Source: an uncultured Gammaproteobacteria bacterium (GTDB lineage Bacteria > Patescibacteriota > Patescibacteriia > UBA1558 > GWA2-36-10). Taken from it: DNA of 64,000 nt. Position numbers and translations under genes: made by a program. This document shows, piece by piece, positions 26,867-35,843 of the stretch (its first letter is position 1; every line of letters starts with the position of its first letter). The notes beneath the pieces are model-generated. The model did no database searches. It saw only the letters and a list, made by a program, of their open reading frames with translations, and was not told where the DNA came from. The stretch spans positions 9,336-73,335 of the forward strand of contig CAZWIT010000004.1 in NCBI GenBank assembly GCA_964633905.1, given 5' to 3'.

Positions 26867-28666
26867 ATGTGTGGAATAATAGCTTATATTGGACCAAAGC
26901 CTCTGGGCCCTATACTTTTGGAGGGTTTGGCAAAATTAGAATACCGTGGTTATGATAGTGCTGGTTTATGTGTTTTAGATGGTGGTAATTTAAAGACCAT
27001 TAAACAAATAGGTCGGATCAAAGAATTGTCTCAACATCCAGGTATAAAAGATATAGGTTGTGGCTTAGGTATTGCTCATACTCGTTGGGCAACGCATGGT
27101 GAGCCTAGTGAAATAAATGCTCATCCGCACTTAGATTGCAGTGGTGAAATTGCTATAGTCCATAATGGTATTATCGAAAACTATACAGCTCTTAAGGAAA
27201 TTTTAATCAAAGAAGGGCATTTAATAAAATCAGCAACTGATTCAGAAATTTTAGCTCACTTGATTGAAAAGTTTTATCAAGGAGATTTGAGTATGGCTAT
27301 TCGCCAAGCTTTAAAATTAGTAGAGGGAGCTTTTGGCTTAGCGGTAATTAAAAAAAATGAAAATAAAATAATAATTGCCCGTCGTGGTTCGCCACTAGTG
27401 ATTGGATTAGGGCAAAATGAAATGTTTGTTGCCTCTGATATTCCAGCAATTTTAAATCATACTAGACAAGTGATTTATATGCAGGATAACGAAATGGCAG
27501 TAGTAACTAGTGATCATTATGAAATTACTAATTTAGATGGCGAAGTTCTTTCCAAGCAAGTAGAGGATATCAAGTGGTCGGTGACCGAATTAGAGAAAAA
27601 AGGTTTTAAGCATTTTATGCTTAAAGAAATTGTCGAACAAGCAGAGGCTTTGACTAATGTCTTACGAGGCCGTATAAAAAATGGACAAATAAAATTATCA
27701 GTTAATTTTGAACCGGATAAAATTAAGAGAATTATTATTACAGCTTGTGGTACTAGCTGGCATTCAGCTTTAGTTGGTAAATATTATCTCGAAGCTCTAA
27801 CCCAGATTCCAGTTGAAGTTGATTATGCTTCTGAATTTCGTTATCGTAATCCTATTTTGGGAGCGCAAGATTTGGTGATTGCCATTTCTCAATCAGGCGA
27901 AACGGCCGATACTTTAGCAGCTATTAAAGAAGCTAAAAATAAGCAGGCAAATACTTTGGGCATAGTTAATGTAGTTGGCTCGACTATTACTCGTGAAGTT
28001 GGTTCGGGTATTTATTTGCATATTGGTCCAGAAATTGGGGTAGCCAGCACCAAAGCTTTTACAGCTCAGGTTTTGACTTTATTGTTGCTAGCCTTATATC
28101 TACGACAGCAATTAGCTTGGCCTTTGCCTGCTCAAATTTTACAAGAAATAGAAATTTTACCAGGTTTTATTAAACAGACTTTAGATAGTGATCAGTTAAT
28201 TCAACGTTTAGCCAGTATCTTTAAGGATGCTAGTAATTTTTTGTATTTAGGCCGAGGTTTAAATTTTCCAGTAGCCCTAGAAGGAGCCTTGAAATTGAAA
28301 GAAATATCTTATATTCATGCTGAAGGTTATCCAGCAGCTGAGATTAAACACGGACCAATTGCACTAGTTGATAAAAATATGCCAGTAGTTTTTATTGCTA
28401 CTAAAAATACTTTAACACAAAAGATTTTGAGTAATATGCAGGAAGTAAAAGCTAGAGGCGGTACAATATTAGCAGTAGTTAATACTGGTCAAGAAGATAT
28501 TTATAAAGTAGCTGATTATACTATTATTGTGCCAACTGTTAGCGAAATGTTATCTCCTCTTGTTAATATTATTCCTTTGCAACTTTTGGCTTACTATATT
28601 GCGGAAAGTAGGGGCTTAGATGTAGATAAACCTAGGAACTTAGCTAAATCAGTAACCGTAGAATAA
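26867..28666 (+). CDS. glmS: Glutamine--fructose-6-phosphate aminotransferase
   Basis: 599 aa. N-terminal MCGIIAYIG Ntn-glutaminase start and two SIS domains; ends …KSVTVE. Confidence 0.95.
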   Translation: MCGIIAYIGPKPLGPILLEGLAKLEYRGYDSAGLCVLDGGNLKTIKQIGRIKELSQHPGIKDIGCGLGIAHTRWATHGEPSEINAHPHLDCSGEIAIVHNGIIENYTALKEILIKEGHLIKSATDSEILAHLIEKFYQGDLSMAIRQALKLVEGAFGLAVIKKNENKIIIARRGSPLVIGLGQNEMFVASDIPAILNHTRQVIYMQDNEMAVVTSDHYEITNLDGEVLSKQVEDIKWSVTELEKKGFKHFMLKEIVEQAEALTNVLRGRIKNGQIKLSVNFEPDKIKRIIITACGTSWHSALVGKYYLEALTQIPVEVDYASEFRYRNPILGAQDLVIAISQSGETADTLAAIKEAKNKQANTLGIVNVVGSTITREVGSGIYLHIGPEIGVASTKAFTAQVLTLLLLALYLRQQLAWPLPAQILQEIEILPGFIKQTLDSDQLIQRLASIFKDASNFLYLGRGLNFPVALEGALKLKEISYIHAEGYPAAEIKHGPIALVDKNMPVVFIATKNTLTQKILSNMQEVKARGGTILAVVNTGQEDIYKVADYTIIVPTVSEMLSPLVNIIPLQLLAYYIAESRGLDVDKPRNLAKSVTVE

Positions 28667-28712
28667 TTTTTTACATTTAGGACTTACAATGTTATAATAT
28701 ATTTATACAAAT

Positions 28713-28925
28713 ATGAAAGATAAAATAAAAAACATTTTAGTAATAGCTATTATTATAGCTGTTATCGCGGCTACTATTATAGCCTTGTTACTAATTTTAG
28801 AAATTGGCGATAATCAAGAATTAACTCAATCTTTATTCAAGATTTTGAAAGTTCTGGGCGTTTTGGTACTGGCATCAATTTTGATTTTAGGAGTTTTACG
28901 TTTTAGTAATCGCCAAGTCAAATAG
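28713..28925 (+). CDS. Small two-TM membrane protein (70 aa), hypothetical
   Basis: Two hydrophobic helices. Followed by the terminator hairpin at 28937-28969. Confidence 0.35.
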   Translation: MKDKIKNILVIAIIIAVIAATIIALLLILEIGDNQELTQSLFKILKVLGVLVLASILILGVLRFSNRQVK

Positions 28926-28936
28926 TCTTACGCATT

Positions 28937-28969
28937 AGTCAAGTAAGGGGCTAATAGTTGACTTTTTTT
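28937..28969 (+). terminator. Terminator hairpin (its stem overlaps the tRNA-Glu promoter -35)
   Basis: agtcaa-(15-nt loop)-ttgact followed by TTTTTTT. Confidence 0.45.
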
Positions 28970-28986
28970 GATTTTTTGTTTATAAT
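28958..28986 (+). promoter_or_regulatory. Sigma70-type promoter for tRNA-Glu
   Basis: TTGACT (28958-28963), 17-nt spacer, TATAAT (28981-28986), 27 nt upstream of the tRNA 5' end. Confidence 0.55.
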
Positions 28987-29013
28987 ATTGGCGGTTATTT
29001 TATTTTTGTTTAA

Positions 29014-29088
29014 GGCCCTATCGTCTAATGGTTAGGACACCAGGTTTTCATCCTGGCAATCGGGGTTCGATTCCCCGTGGGGTCACCA
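29014..29088 (+). tRNA. tRNA-Glu (anticodon TTC), CCA encoded
   Basis: GGCCCTATCGTCTAATGGTTAGGACACCAGGTTTTCATCCTGGCAATCGGGGTTCGATTCCCCGTGGGGTCACCA. Anticodon loop TT-TTC-AT. Layout parallels bacterial tRNA-Glu. Confidence 0.9.
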
Positions 29089-29095
29089 CTAAAAA

Positions 29096-29122
29096 TCATT
29101 CCTAAAGGAATGTTTTTTTGAT
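29096..29122 (+). terminator. Rho-independent terminator after tRNA-Glu
   Basis: cattcc-taaa-ggaatg followed by TTTTTTT. Confidence 0.6.
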
Positions 29123-29154
29123 ATACTTATGATGTTTAATTTTAAATTAAAATT

Positions 29155-29409
29155 ATGATAAAGGTTTTTAAATTTGAAAAGCAACTCTTAACATTTTTAG
29201 TTATTTTATGGATTATTATGTTAGGACAGCTATCGAATCCATTAGTGAGAATAGCTACAACTATATTTGTTTTTGCGCTTATCCCGTTTCTTTGCTCGGT
29301 AATTTTTATTAGAGTAAAAAAATTTTCAGCAAAGAAACAAGAAGAAATTTTTTTAATTTTACTTGGCATAGAGTTGTTTTTGTATGTGGTGTATTTTTTT
29401 GTAGGTTAA
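29155..29409 (+). CDS. Small membrane protein (84 aa), hypothetical
   Basis: Three hydrophobic segments. Preferred over the overlapping minus-strand 75-aa ORF because a terminator follows on this strand. Weak. Confidence 0.3.
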   Translation: MIKVFKFEKQLLTFLVILWIIMLGQLSNPLVRIATTIFVFALIPFLCSVIFIRVKKFSAKKQEEIFLILLGIELFLYVVYFFVG

Positions 29410-29423
29410 TTATTATAATTAAT

Positions 29424-29467
29424 AAAAACACCCACCCATTCGACTAGCCTCAGGGTGAGTGTTTTTT
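29424..29467. terminator. Putative bidirectional terminator
   Basis: cacccaccc-(15-nt loop)-gggtgagtg (one mismatch), followed by TTTTTT and preceded by AAAAA. Confidence 0.45.
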
Positions 29468-29483
29468 GTTTATTAAAAGTTTA

Positions 29484-30896
29484 TTAATTTTTAGCTTGTT
29501 TATACTCAGCGCTATCTTTCCATATTCTCCAAGGCACAGAAGAATTAATAACCTTAGTATTGCCTTTAACGGCCAGTCTAATATCTTCAACTGGATAGCC
29601 GCCAAAAATATAAGCGTTGACTAATAAATTCCAATTAGGAGGAATAGATTTACGATATGGTAACCAGGCAAATAGTTGTTTAGCAGTTTTAGTTTCCATA
29701 CTTCTTTTATTGACTAAGGCTCTTTGAATTTGAATTAAAGTGCGGCCATAGCCTAGTGGGTTAAAATTATTATCAATTTCTTGCTTGTCATAAAAACCAT
29801 CACCATCACTGTCGGCTGAATTTGGATTAGTACCATAGGCTGATTCTTGATTGTCAGTTAAACCGTCATTATCACTATCAAGTCTAGCTGCAGCTTGAGT
29901 TTTAATTATTTTTTCACCCAAAATTATTTTTTGAATTTCCTCTGGACTTAATGGCTTGGTAATAAAGTTTTTTTCTTCAGTTACAAGATATTGGTAGTAT
30001 AAGGTGTCGTATAATTCTATTTTATAATAATAATTAGTATTAGGCTGTAGGTCGCTTAAAGTTATTTGATGATTTAAACTAGCTTGAGGGCTGACGTTTA
30101 ATTTGGTATAAAGTTGACCAGGATTTAAGCCATAATAAATATTAGCCTTGGCAACTAAATTAGTTTTCCAGCTAATAGTAATTTGCTTAGTTTGGATGAG
30201 GTCGCTGGTGATACTGATGGGCTGTAAATTATTGATATTGATTGTTGGATTAACATTAGGATTAGGATTGCGTAAAGTATTAAAAGCAGCGCTAGCTGTT
30301 CTATGTCCGCCAGTTTCACTTTCAACATCAATAATTATAGTATAATGTTGTTCTGGTAATAAATAATAGATATAAAGATTTTGTTCAGTAGCATAATTCC
30401 AAACATTAGTTACTTGTTCGCTACCGCCATTGTAGTAATAGGTGATTTTAGCCCTTGTTGCTATATCAGTTGACCAAGTAATAGCTAGAGCGTTATTAGT
30501 AACCTGTCTAATAGCAATTTGAGGTACGCTAGGTATTTTTACAGTTTCAGTCATTTCACCAGTATTAAAATTTTGCACAAAAGATTCTGAGCGTTGACCG
30601 CTAGGATTAATAGCAACTATTTTATAGTAGTAAATAGTTCTTTTAGCTAAACCAGTAATAGTAGTAGCATGTATAGTCTCTATAGTCATGTGGTCAACTA
30701 CTTGGTTGAGGTCATTACTATTAGTACCATAATAAATTAAGCCACGACTTGGCTCAGAACTGTGCCAATTAATCTTTGCACTACTATTTTGGATATTAGA
30801 AACACTAATAAAATCAATACTAAGTTGAGCCTGTGCCGGTAGGGCCAAACAAAAAATAAACAGTATTAAAGCTTTAATTGTTAGCTTTTTTAACAT
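29484..30896 (-). CDS. Secreted surface protein: signal peptide, three fibronectin-III/PAP-N-like domains, thrombospondin type-3-like Ca-binding repeats, C-terminal domain
   Basis: 470 aa. N-terminal MLKKLTIKALILFIFCLALPAQA. Three repeats resembling the purple-acid-phosphatase N-terminal FN3 (INWHSSEPSRGLIYYGTNSN…). DSDNDGLTDNQE / DSDGDGFYDKQE repeats of the DxDxDG type. Confidence 0.65.
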   Translation of the reverse strand: MLKKLTIKALILFIFCLALPAQAQLSIDFISVSNIQNSSAKINWHSSEPSRGLIYYGTNSNDLNQVVDHMTIETIHATTITGLAKRTIYYYKIVAINPSGQRSESFVQNFNTGEMTETVKIPSVPQIAIRQVTNNALAITWSTDIATRAKITYYYNGGSEQVTNVWNYATEQNLYIYYLLPEQHYTIIIDVESETGGHRTASAAFNTLRNPNPNVNPTININNLQPISITSDLIQTKQITISWKTNLVAKANIYYGLNPGQLYTKLNVSPQASLNHQITLSDLQPNTNYYYKIELYDTLYYQYLVTEEKNFITKPLSPEEIQKIILGEKIIKTQAAARLDSDNDGLTDNQESAYGTNPNSADSDGDGFYDKQEIDNNFNPLGYGRTLIQIQRALVNKRSMETKTAKQLFAWLPYRKSIPPNWNLLVNAYIFGGYPVEDIRLAVKGNTKVINSSVPWRIWKDSAEYKQAKN

Positions 30897-30955
30897 ATTT
30901 TTAGCTTAATATGATATTATTACATAAAATTAAGCATTTGTCAATACTAGAAAAT

Positions 30956-31612
30956 TTATAAGCTAGCTTTTAAGTAGTAGATATCTTTATTTTGTTTGCG
31001 GTAGATATTTTCATAAGTGGTAATGATTTTGAGCTTTGTTTCAGCGTTATTGTCCATGGCAATAGTGCTGGCTGTTAAAATTTTTCCAGCTTGTTCTTTA
31101 ATGCTTGCTTGGGAATAAATAAACAAATTATAGTTATCAGTTTTTAGATTAATTAACCCGTTTGTTTTTAGAATTTTTTTGTAAATGTTTAAAAAACGTG
31201 GACTAGTTAAACGTTTTTTAATTTTTCCTTTTTTACTTTGTGGATCAGGAAAAGTAAGCCAAATTTCTTTTACACTATTTTTTGGGAAAAATTCGGCAAT
31301 ATTTTCTATGGGCATTCTTAAGAATAAGGTATTCGTTAGTTTTTTATTAAGAGCTTCAGTAGCGCCGTGCCATAAACGTTCGCCTTGAATATCAATGCCA
31401 ATAAATTTTTCTTGGGGATATGCTTGAGCCAGTGCCAAAGTATATTCAGCTTTGCCACAACCAAGTTCCAAAGTAATTTTTTTATTATAATTAAAAAAAT
31501 CAGTTAATTTATTTTTTAAATTAGGGTCGTTTATTTCAATAACATTATCTAGATGATGTAAGGCCTCTATTTTTTGTAGTTTTTTGCGGGGCATATTTTT
31601 ATCATAAAACAA
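30956..31612 (-). CDS. trmB: tRNA (guanine46-N7)-methyltransferase
   Basis: 218 aa. LELGCGKAEY…GIDIQGERL motifs characteristic of TrmB. Confidence 0.85.
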   Translation of the reverse strand: MFYDKNMPRKKLQKIEALHHLDNVIEINDPNLKNKLTDFFNYNKKITLELGCGKAEYTLALAQAYPQEKFIGIDIQGERLWHGATEALNKKLTNTLFLRMPIENIAEFFPKNSVKEIWLTFPDPQSKKGKIKKRLTSPRFLNIYKKILKTNGLINLKTDNYNLFIYSQASIKEQAGKILTASTIAMDNNAETKLKIITTYENIYRKQNKDIYYLKASL

Positions 31613-31686
31613 AAATTAATTGATGTATAGACCAATTGACAAGATGACCATTTTTAATTAAAGTATATTACTGCTATAATACATAA

Positions 31687-32736
31687 ATGATTAAGATTTT
31701 AGCCATTGAAAGTTCTTGCGATGAGACCGCTATTGCTGTTTTAGAAGCTAGCGAGAATTCTTTGCTTTTGCGAAAAAATTTAGTCCACTCGCAAGTAGAT
31801 ATACATAAAAAATATGGCGGCGTAATACCAGAATTAGCTGCTCGCCAGCATTTGCAAAATATTTTTCCTTTACTTGATGAAGCTTTAGATGGTCAAAAAA
31901 TAAATGATTTTGATTATTTAGCTGTAACGCAAGGTCCGGGCCTTATCACTTCTTTGTTGTTAGGAGTTAATGTGGCTAAAACATTGGCTTACGCTAGTCA
32001 AAAACCATTAATAGCAGTTAATCATTTAGAAGGACACATTTATTCCAATTGGCTAAGTCATGATATTTTAGTAAAAAATAGCCAAGCCTATTTTCCTAGC
32101 GTTGTTTTGATCGTTTCGGGTGGTCATACCGAATTAGCGTTAATGAAAAATCATGGCGACTATCAATTATTAGGTCAGACTCTAGATGATGCTGTTGGCG
32201 AAGCTTTTGACAAAGTAGCTAAATTACTATCTCTTGGTTATCCTGGTGGACCAATTGTCAGTGCTAAGGCCGCTAAGGGCAATCCTAATAATTACACTTT
32301 ACCCCGGCCAATGCTTAATAGTCAGAATTTTGATTTTAGTTTATCGGGTTTAAAAACAGCTGTTTTATATAGCTTAGAAAAACAGGGTGATATAGACGAA
32401 CAATCTGTTAAGGATATTTGTGCTGCTTTTGAAGTAGCTGTAATTGAAGTGTTGCTTAAAAAAAGCATGGCAGCTGCTAAAAGTTTTGGTGCTAAATCTA
32501 TCATGCTGGCTGGCGGTGTAGCGGCCAATAAAAAATTAGCAGCTAGTTTGCAGGCTGCGGCGCAAAATTTTGGCTTAGCATTTTTTGCCCCAGAACAAAA
32601 TTTTACGGGAGACAATGCAGCTATGATAGCAGCTGCTGCTTATTATCAGATAATTAGTAAAAAAATGAATATTATATCTGATTCGGCATTATTAAATATG
32701 GAGCCTCGTGCTAATTGGCAATTAACTGTAAAATAA
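31687..32736 (+). CDS. tsaD: tRNA N6-adenosine threonylcarbamoyltransferase TsaD (Kae1/Gcp family)
   Basis: 349 aa. MIKILAIESSCDETAIAV N-terminus, two His metal site HxxxH, and GGVAAN motif. Confidence 0.95.
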   Translation: MIKILAIESSCDETAIAVLEASENSLLLRKNLVHSQVDIHKKYGGVIPELAARQHLQNIFPLLDEALDGQKINDFDYLAVTQGPGLITSLLLGVNVAKTLAYASQKPLIAVNHLEGHIYSNWLSHDILVKNSQAYFPSVVLIVSGGHTELALMKNHGDYQLLGQTLDDAVGEAFDKVAKLLSLGYPGGPIVSAKAAKGNPNNYTLPRPMLNSQNFDFSLSGLKTAVLYSLEKQGDIDEQSVKDICAAFEVAVIEVLLKKSMAAAKSFGAKSIMLAGGVAANKKLAASLQAAAQNFGLAFFAPEQNFTGDNAAMIAAAAYYQIISKKMNIISDSALLNMEPRANWQLTVK

Positions 32737-32767
32737 CTTATAATTATTTTAAAGATAAAAATAAAAT

Positions 32768-33190
32768 ATGACAGAATATACCAGTCGCAATCCTCAAGAA
32801 ACCGAACAAATAGCCATTGATTTAGTTAAAAATTTATCAAGTGGAGCAGTTTTGGCTTTGGCAGGAAATTTAGGGGCTGGTAAAACCGTTTTTGTAAAAG
32901 GCTTGGCAAAAGCTTTGGGTATTGAAGATAGAGTAAATAGCCCAACTTTTGTTTTATTAAAAGTTTATAACACCCAACATCCTAAAATAAAAAGATTAAT
33001 TCACGTTGATTGTTATCGTTTAGAAGGGCAGGAAGATTTGCAGGACATTGGTTTAACAGATTTTTTAGATGACCCAGCTAATTTAGTAGTAATTGAGTGG
33101 GCTGACCGCATTAGTAATTTGCCAGCTGGCACTAAGCGTATCGAAATAACTTATCTAGAAGAAGATAAAAGAAAAATAGTGATTGAATAG
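32768..33190 (+). CDS. tsaE: tRNA threonylcarbamoyladenosine biosynthesis ATPase TsaE (YjeE)
   Basis: 140 aa. P-loop GNLGAGKT and YjeE-like size. Overlaps valS by 8 nt. Confidence 0.85.
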   Translation: MTEYTSRNPQETEQIAIDLVKNLSSGAVLALAGNLGAGKTVFVKGLAKALGIEDRVNSPTFVLLKVYNTQHPKIKRLIHVDCYRLEGQEDLQDIGLTDFLDDPANLVVIEWADRISNLPAGTKRIEITYLEEDKRKIVIE

Positions 33191-35759
33191 TTTTATGTCA
33201 GAGGAAAAGATTGATATTTTAGCTAAAGCTTATGAGCCTCAGGCTTATGAAGCGGAAATATATCAGCAATGGTTAGCTGGTGATTATTTTAACCCAGATA
33301 ATTCTCGCAATGATGGTCCATTTTTTAGTATGGCTATGCCACCGCCTAATGCAACCGGCATTTTACATATTGGTCATGCGGAGATTTTGTCTATTGAGGA
33401 TATTATCATTCGTTATAAACGTTTACAGGGTTATCGTACTTTGTGGTTGCCCGGCACTGATCATGCTGCGATTGCTACTCAAACTAAAGTAGAAAAAATA
33501 TTAGCTAGCGAGGGAACAGATAGGCACACTCTTGGTCATGATAAATTTATTGCTAGAGTAAAAAGCTATGTAGCCGATTCTCAAAGCACAATTAGAGAAC
33601 AGATCCGTAAGGTTGGTTGTAGTTGTGATTGGTCGCGTGAGCGTTATACTTTTGATGATGGTTTGTCGCAAGCGGTAAATACTGCCTTTGTTCGTATGTA
33701 TCAAGACGGCTTGATTTATCGTGGTCTAAGGATAGTAAATTGGTGCCCACGTTGCGCTTCTACTTTAGCTGATGATGAGGTTGAATATAAAGAACAAGCT
33801 GCTAAATTTTATTATATTCAATATGGGCCAATAGTAATTGCTACTACTAGACCAGAAACAAAATTAGCAGACACCGGTGTGGCTGTTAATCCTAATGATG
33901 TTCGTTATCAAAAATATATTGGGCAGACTTTAGATATTGACTTGGCGGGGCATCATATTAAAGTAAAAGTTTTTGCCGATTCAAGTGTTGATCCGGAATT
34001 TGGCACTGGCGCTATTGGTGTGACACCAGCTCATAGTTTAATAGATTATGATTGGGCTCAGAAAAATGATTTAGAAGTTATTAAATTAATTGATGAACAG
34101 GGTAAAATTTTAGCTAGCGGTGGTAAATATGCAGGCCTAGATGTTTTAGCAGCGCGCTCGGCTTTTGTAAAAGATTTAGAAGCAGCTAAGCTTTTAGTAA
34201 AAGTAGAGGATATAAAAAATAATCTATCGCTTTGTTATCGTTGTCATACGGCCATTGAGCCCTTGCCATCTGAGCAGTGGTTTGTGGCAGTCGAAAAGAC
34301 TGTGCCGGGTCGGGACAAGAGTCTAAAACAACTTGCTCAAGAGGCAGTTCACAGTGAAGATATTAAAATTATTCCTAAGCGTTTTATTAAAACTTATGAT
34401 AATTGGTTAAATAATTTGCATGACTGGTGTATTTCTCGCCAAATTTGGTGGGGTCATCAATTGCCAGTTTGGTATGACGAAGCTGGCAATGTTATTGTTG
34501 CCCTTGATGAAGCATCAGCCCAAAAACAGGCTGTTGGCAAAACTTTGCGTCGTGATCCAGACACATTAGACACTTGGTTCTCTTCTTCTTTATGGACATT
34601 TTCTACTTTAGGTTGGCCAAACAAAACCAAGGATTTAGAAAGATATCATCCTACTACAGTTATGCAGACTGGTTATGATATTATTTTTTTCTGGGTGGCC
34701 AGAATGATAATTATGAGTGAATATCTTTTGCAAGAAAAGCCATTTAGTATTGTTTATTTGAGCGGCCTAGTCAGAGATAAACAAGGTAAAAAAATGAGTA
34801 AGTCATCTGGCAATGGTTTAGATCCGATTGAGGTTATTAATGAATATGGAGCTGATGCTCTGCGTTTATCACTGGTAGCTGGCACTACGCCTGGCGCTGA
34901 TTTTAGAATTTATCCAGAGAAAATTGCTGGTTATCGTAATTTTGTTAATAAGCTTTGGAATATTGCTCGCTTTATTTTTTCTTCAGTAGCAACAGTACAA
35001 AGGGTAAAAGTGCGACCACGGGCAATAAGTTTAGCCGATGCTTGGATTTTAGCCGAATATGATATTTTAGTAAAAGAGATTACTTCAGATTTCCATAATT
35101 GGCGACTGGCTCCGGCTATTGAAAAATTATATAATTTTACTTGGGCAAAATTAGCGGATTGGTATTTAGAAATTGTTAAAATTGAAAAAAATATTAACCC
35201 AAGTTCTGCTAAAACTAAAGACGAAATTCTTTTGTATCTACTTGAGGGATTACTAAAATTATGGCATCCCTTTACTCCTTTTGTGACTGAAGTATTGTGG
35301 CGTCAGTTTAAGCCAGAGCATCTTTTAGTAATAGAGCATTGGCCAAAAGCGGAACAGATTGACCAGACAGTTATTAAAAAATTTATAGAATTACAAGAGC
35401 TGGTTACTCAGATTCGTAATTTAAAAGTAGCTAACAAGATAGCCCCACAACAAAAATCTCCTTGCCAATTGGACAGTATTTCTTTGTCCAAGGATGATCT
35501 GCAGGTAGTTGCCCGTTTAGCGCGGGTAGAGCTAGTACCCAAATTGGACAAAGGGCAGACAATAAATATTGGTCAAAGTACTATTGTGATTGACTTGGAT
35601 CAGGGTTTGAGTGATAAAGAAAGAGAGGCCCTGGCGGATTATTGTGCTAAATTAAAGATACAATTGTCTAATAAAGATTTTTTGAATAATGCACCAAGGC
35701 AAGTTATTGATGATTTAAAGGAAAAGTTAAAACAAGCTGAAAAAAAATTAAGTAAATAA
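33183..35759 (+). CDS. valS: Valine--tRNA ligase
   Basis: 858 aa. HIGH motif (PPNATGILHIGHA), KMSKS motif, editing domain and C-terminal coiled-coil typical of ValRS. Confidence 0.95.
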   Translation: MNSFMSEEKIDILAKAYEPQAYEAEIYQQWLAGDYFNPDNSRNDGPFFSMAMPPPNATGILHIGHAEILSIEDIIIRYKRLQGYRTLWLPGTDHAAIATQTKVEKILASEGTDRHTLGHDKFIARVKSYVADSQSTIREQIRKVGCSCDWSRERYTFDDGLSQAVNTAFVRMYQDGLIYRGLRIVNWCPRCASTLADDEVEYKEQAAKFYYIQYGPIVIATTRPETKLADTGVAVNPNDVRYQKYIGQTLDIDLAGHHIKVKVFADSSVDPEFGTGAIGVTPAHSLIDYDWAQKNDLEVIKLIDEQGKILASGGKYAGLDVLAARSAFVKDLEAAKLLVKVEDIKNNLSLCYRCHTAIEPLPSEQWFVAVEKTVPGRDKSLKQLAQEAVHSEDIKIIPKRFIKTYDNWLNNLHDWCISRQIWWGHQLPVWYDEAGNVIVALDEASAQKQAVGKTLRRDPDTLDTWFSSSLWTFSTLGWPNKTKDLERYHPTTVMQTGYDIIFFWVARMIIMSEYLLQEKPFSIVYLSGLVRDKQGKKMSKSSGNGLDPIEVINEYGADALRLSLVAGTTPGADFRIYPEKIAGYRNFVNKLWNIARFIFSSVATVQRVKVRPRAISLADAWILAEYDILVKEITSDFHNWRLAPAIEKLYNFTWAKLADWYLEIVKIEKNINPSSAKTKDEILLYLLEGLLKLWHPFTPFVTEVLWRQFKPEHLLVIEHWPKAEQIDQTVIKKFIELQELVTQIRNLKVANKIAPQQKSPCQLDSISLSKDDLQVVARLARVELVPKLDKGQTINIGQSTIVIDLDQGLSDKEREALADYCAKLKIQLSNKDFLNNAPRQVIDDLKEKLKQAEKKLSK

Positions 35760-35760
35760 A

Positions 35761-35787
35761 ACCCAACCCTTCGCGAAGGGTTGGGTA
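35761..35787. terminator. Bidirectional rho-independent terminator (valS + / pilB2 -)
   Basis: acccaaccctt-cgcg-aagggttgggt 11-bp stem. T-rich on the minus side, weaker T-run on the plus side. Confidence 0.6.
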
Positions 35788-35843
35788 AAGTTGCTTTTGT
35801 AATATAAATTATTATATTATCTAGATCTTCTAGATTTTTTATT

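Noticed and set aside
29142-29369. Minus-strand 75-aa ORF overlapping the 84-aa plus-strand ORF
   Set aside because: The two are mutually exclusive. The plus-strand one was kept because a terminator follows on the plus strand. Both are weak.
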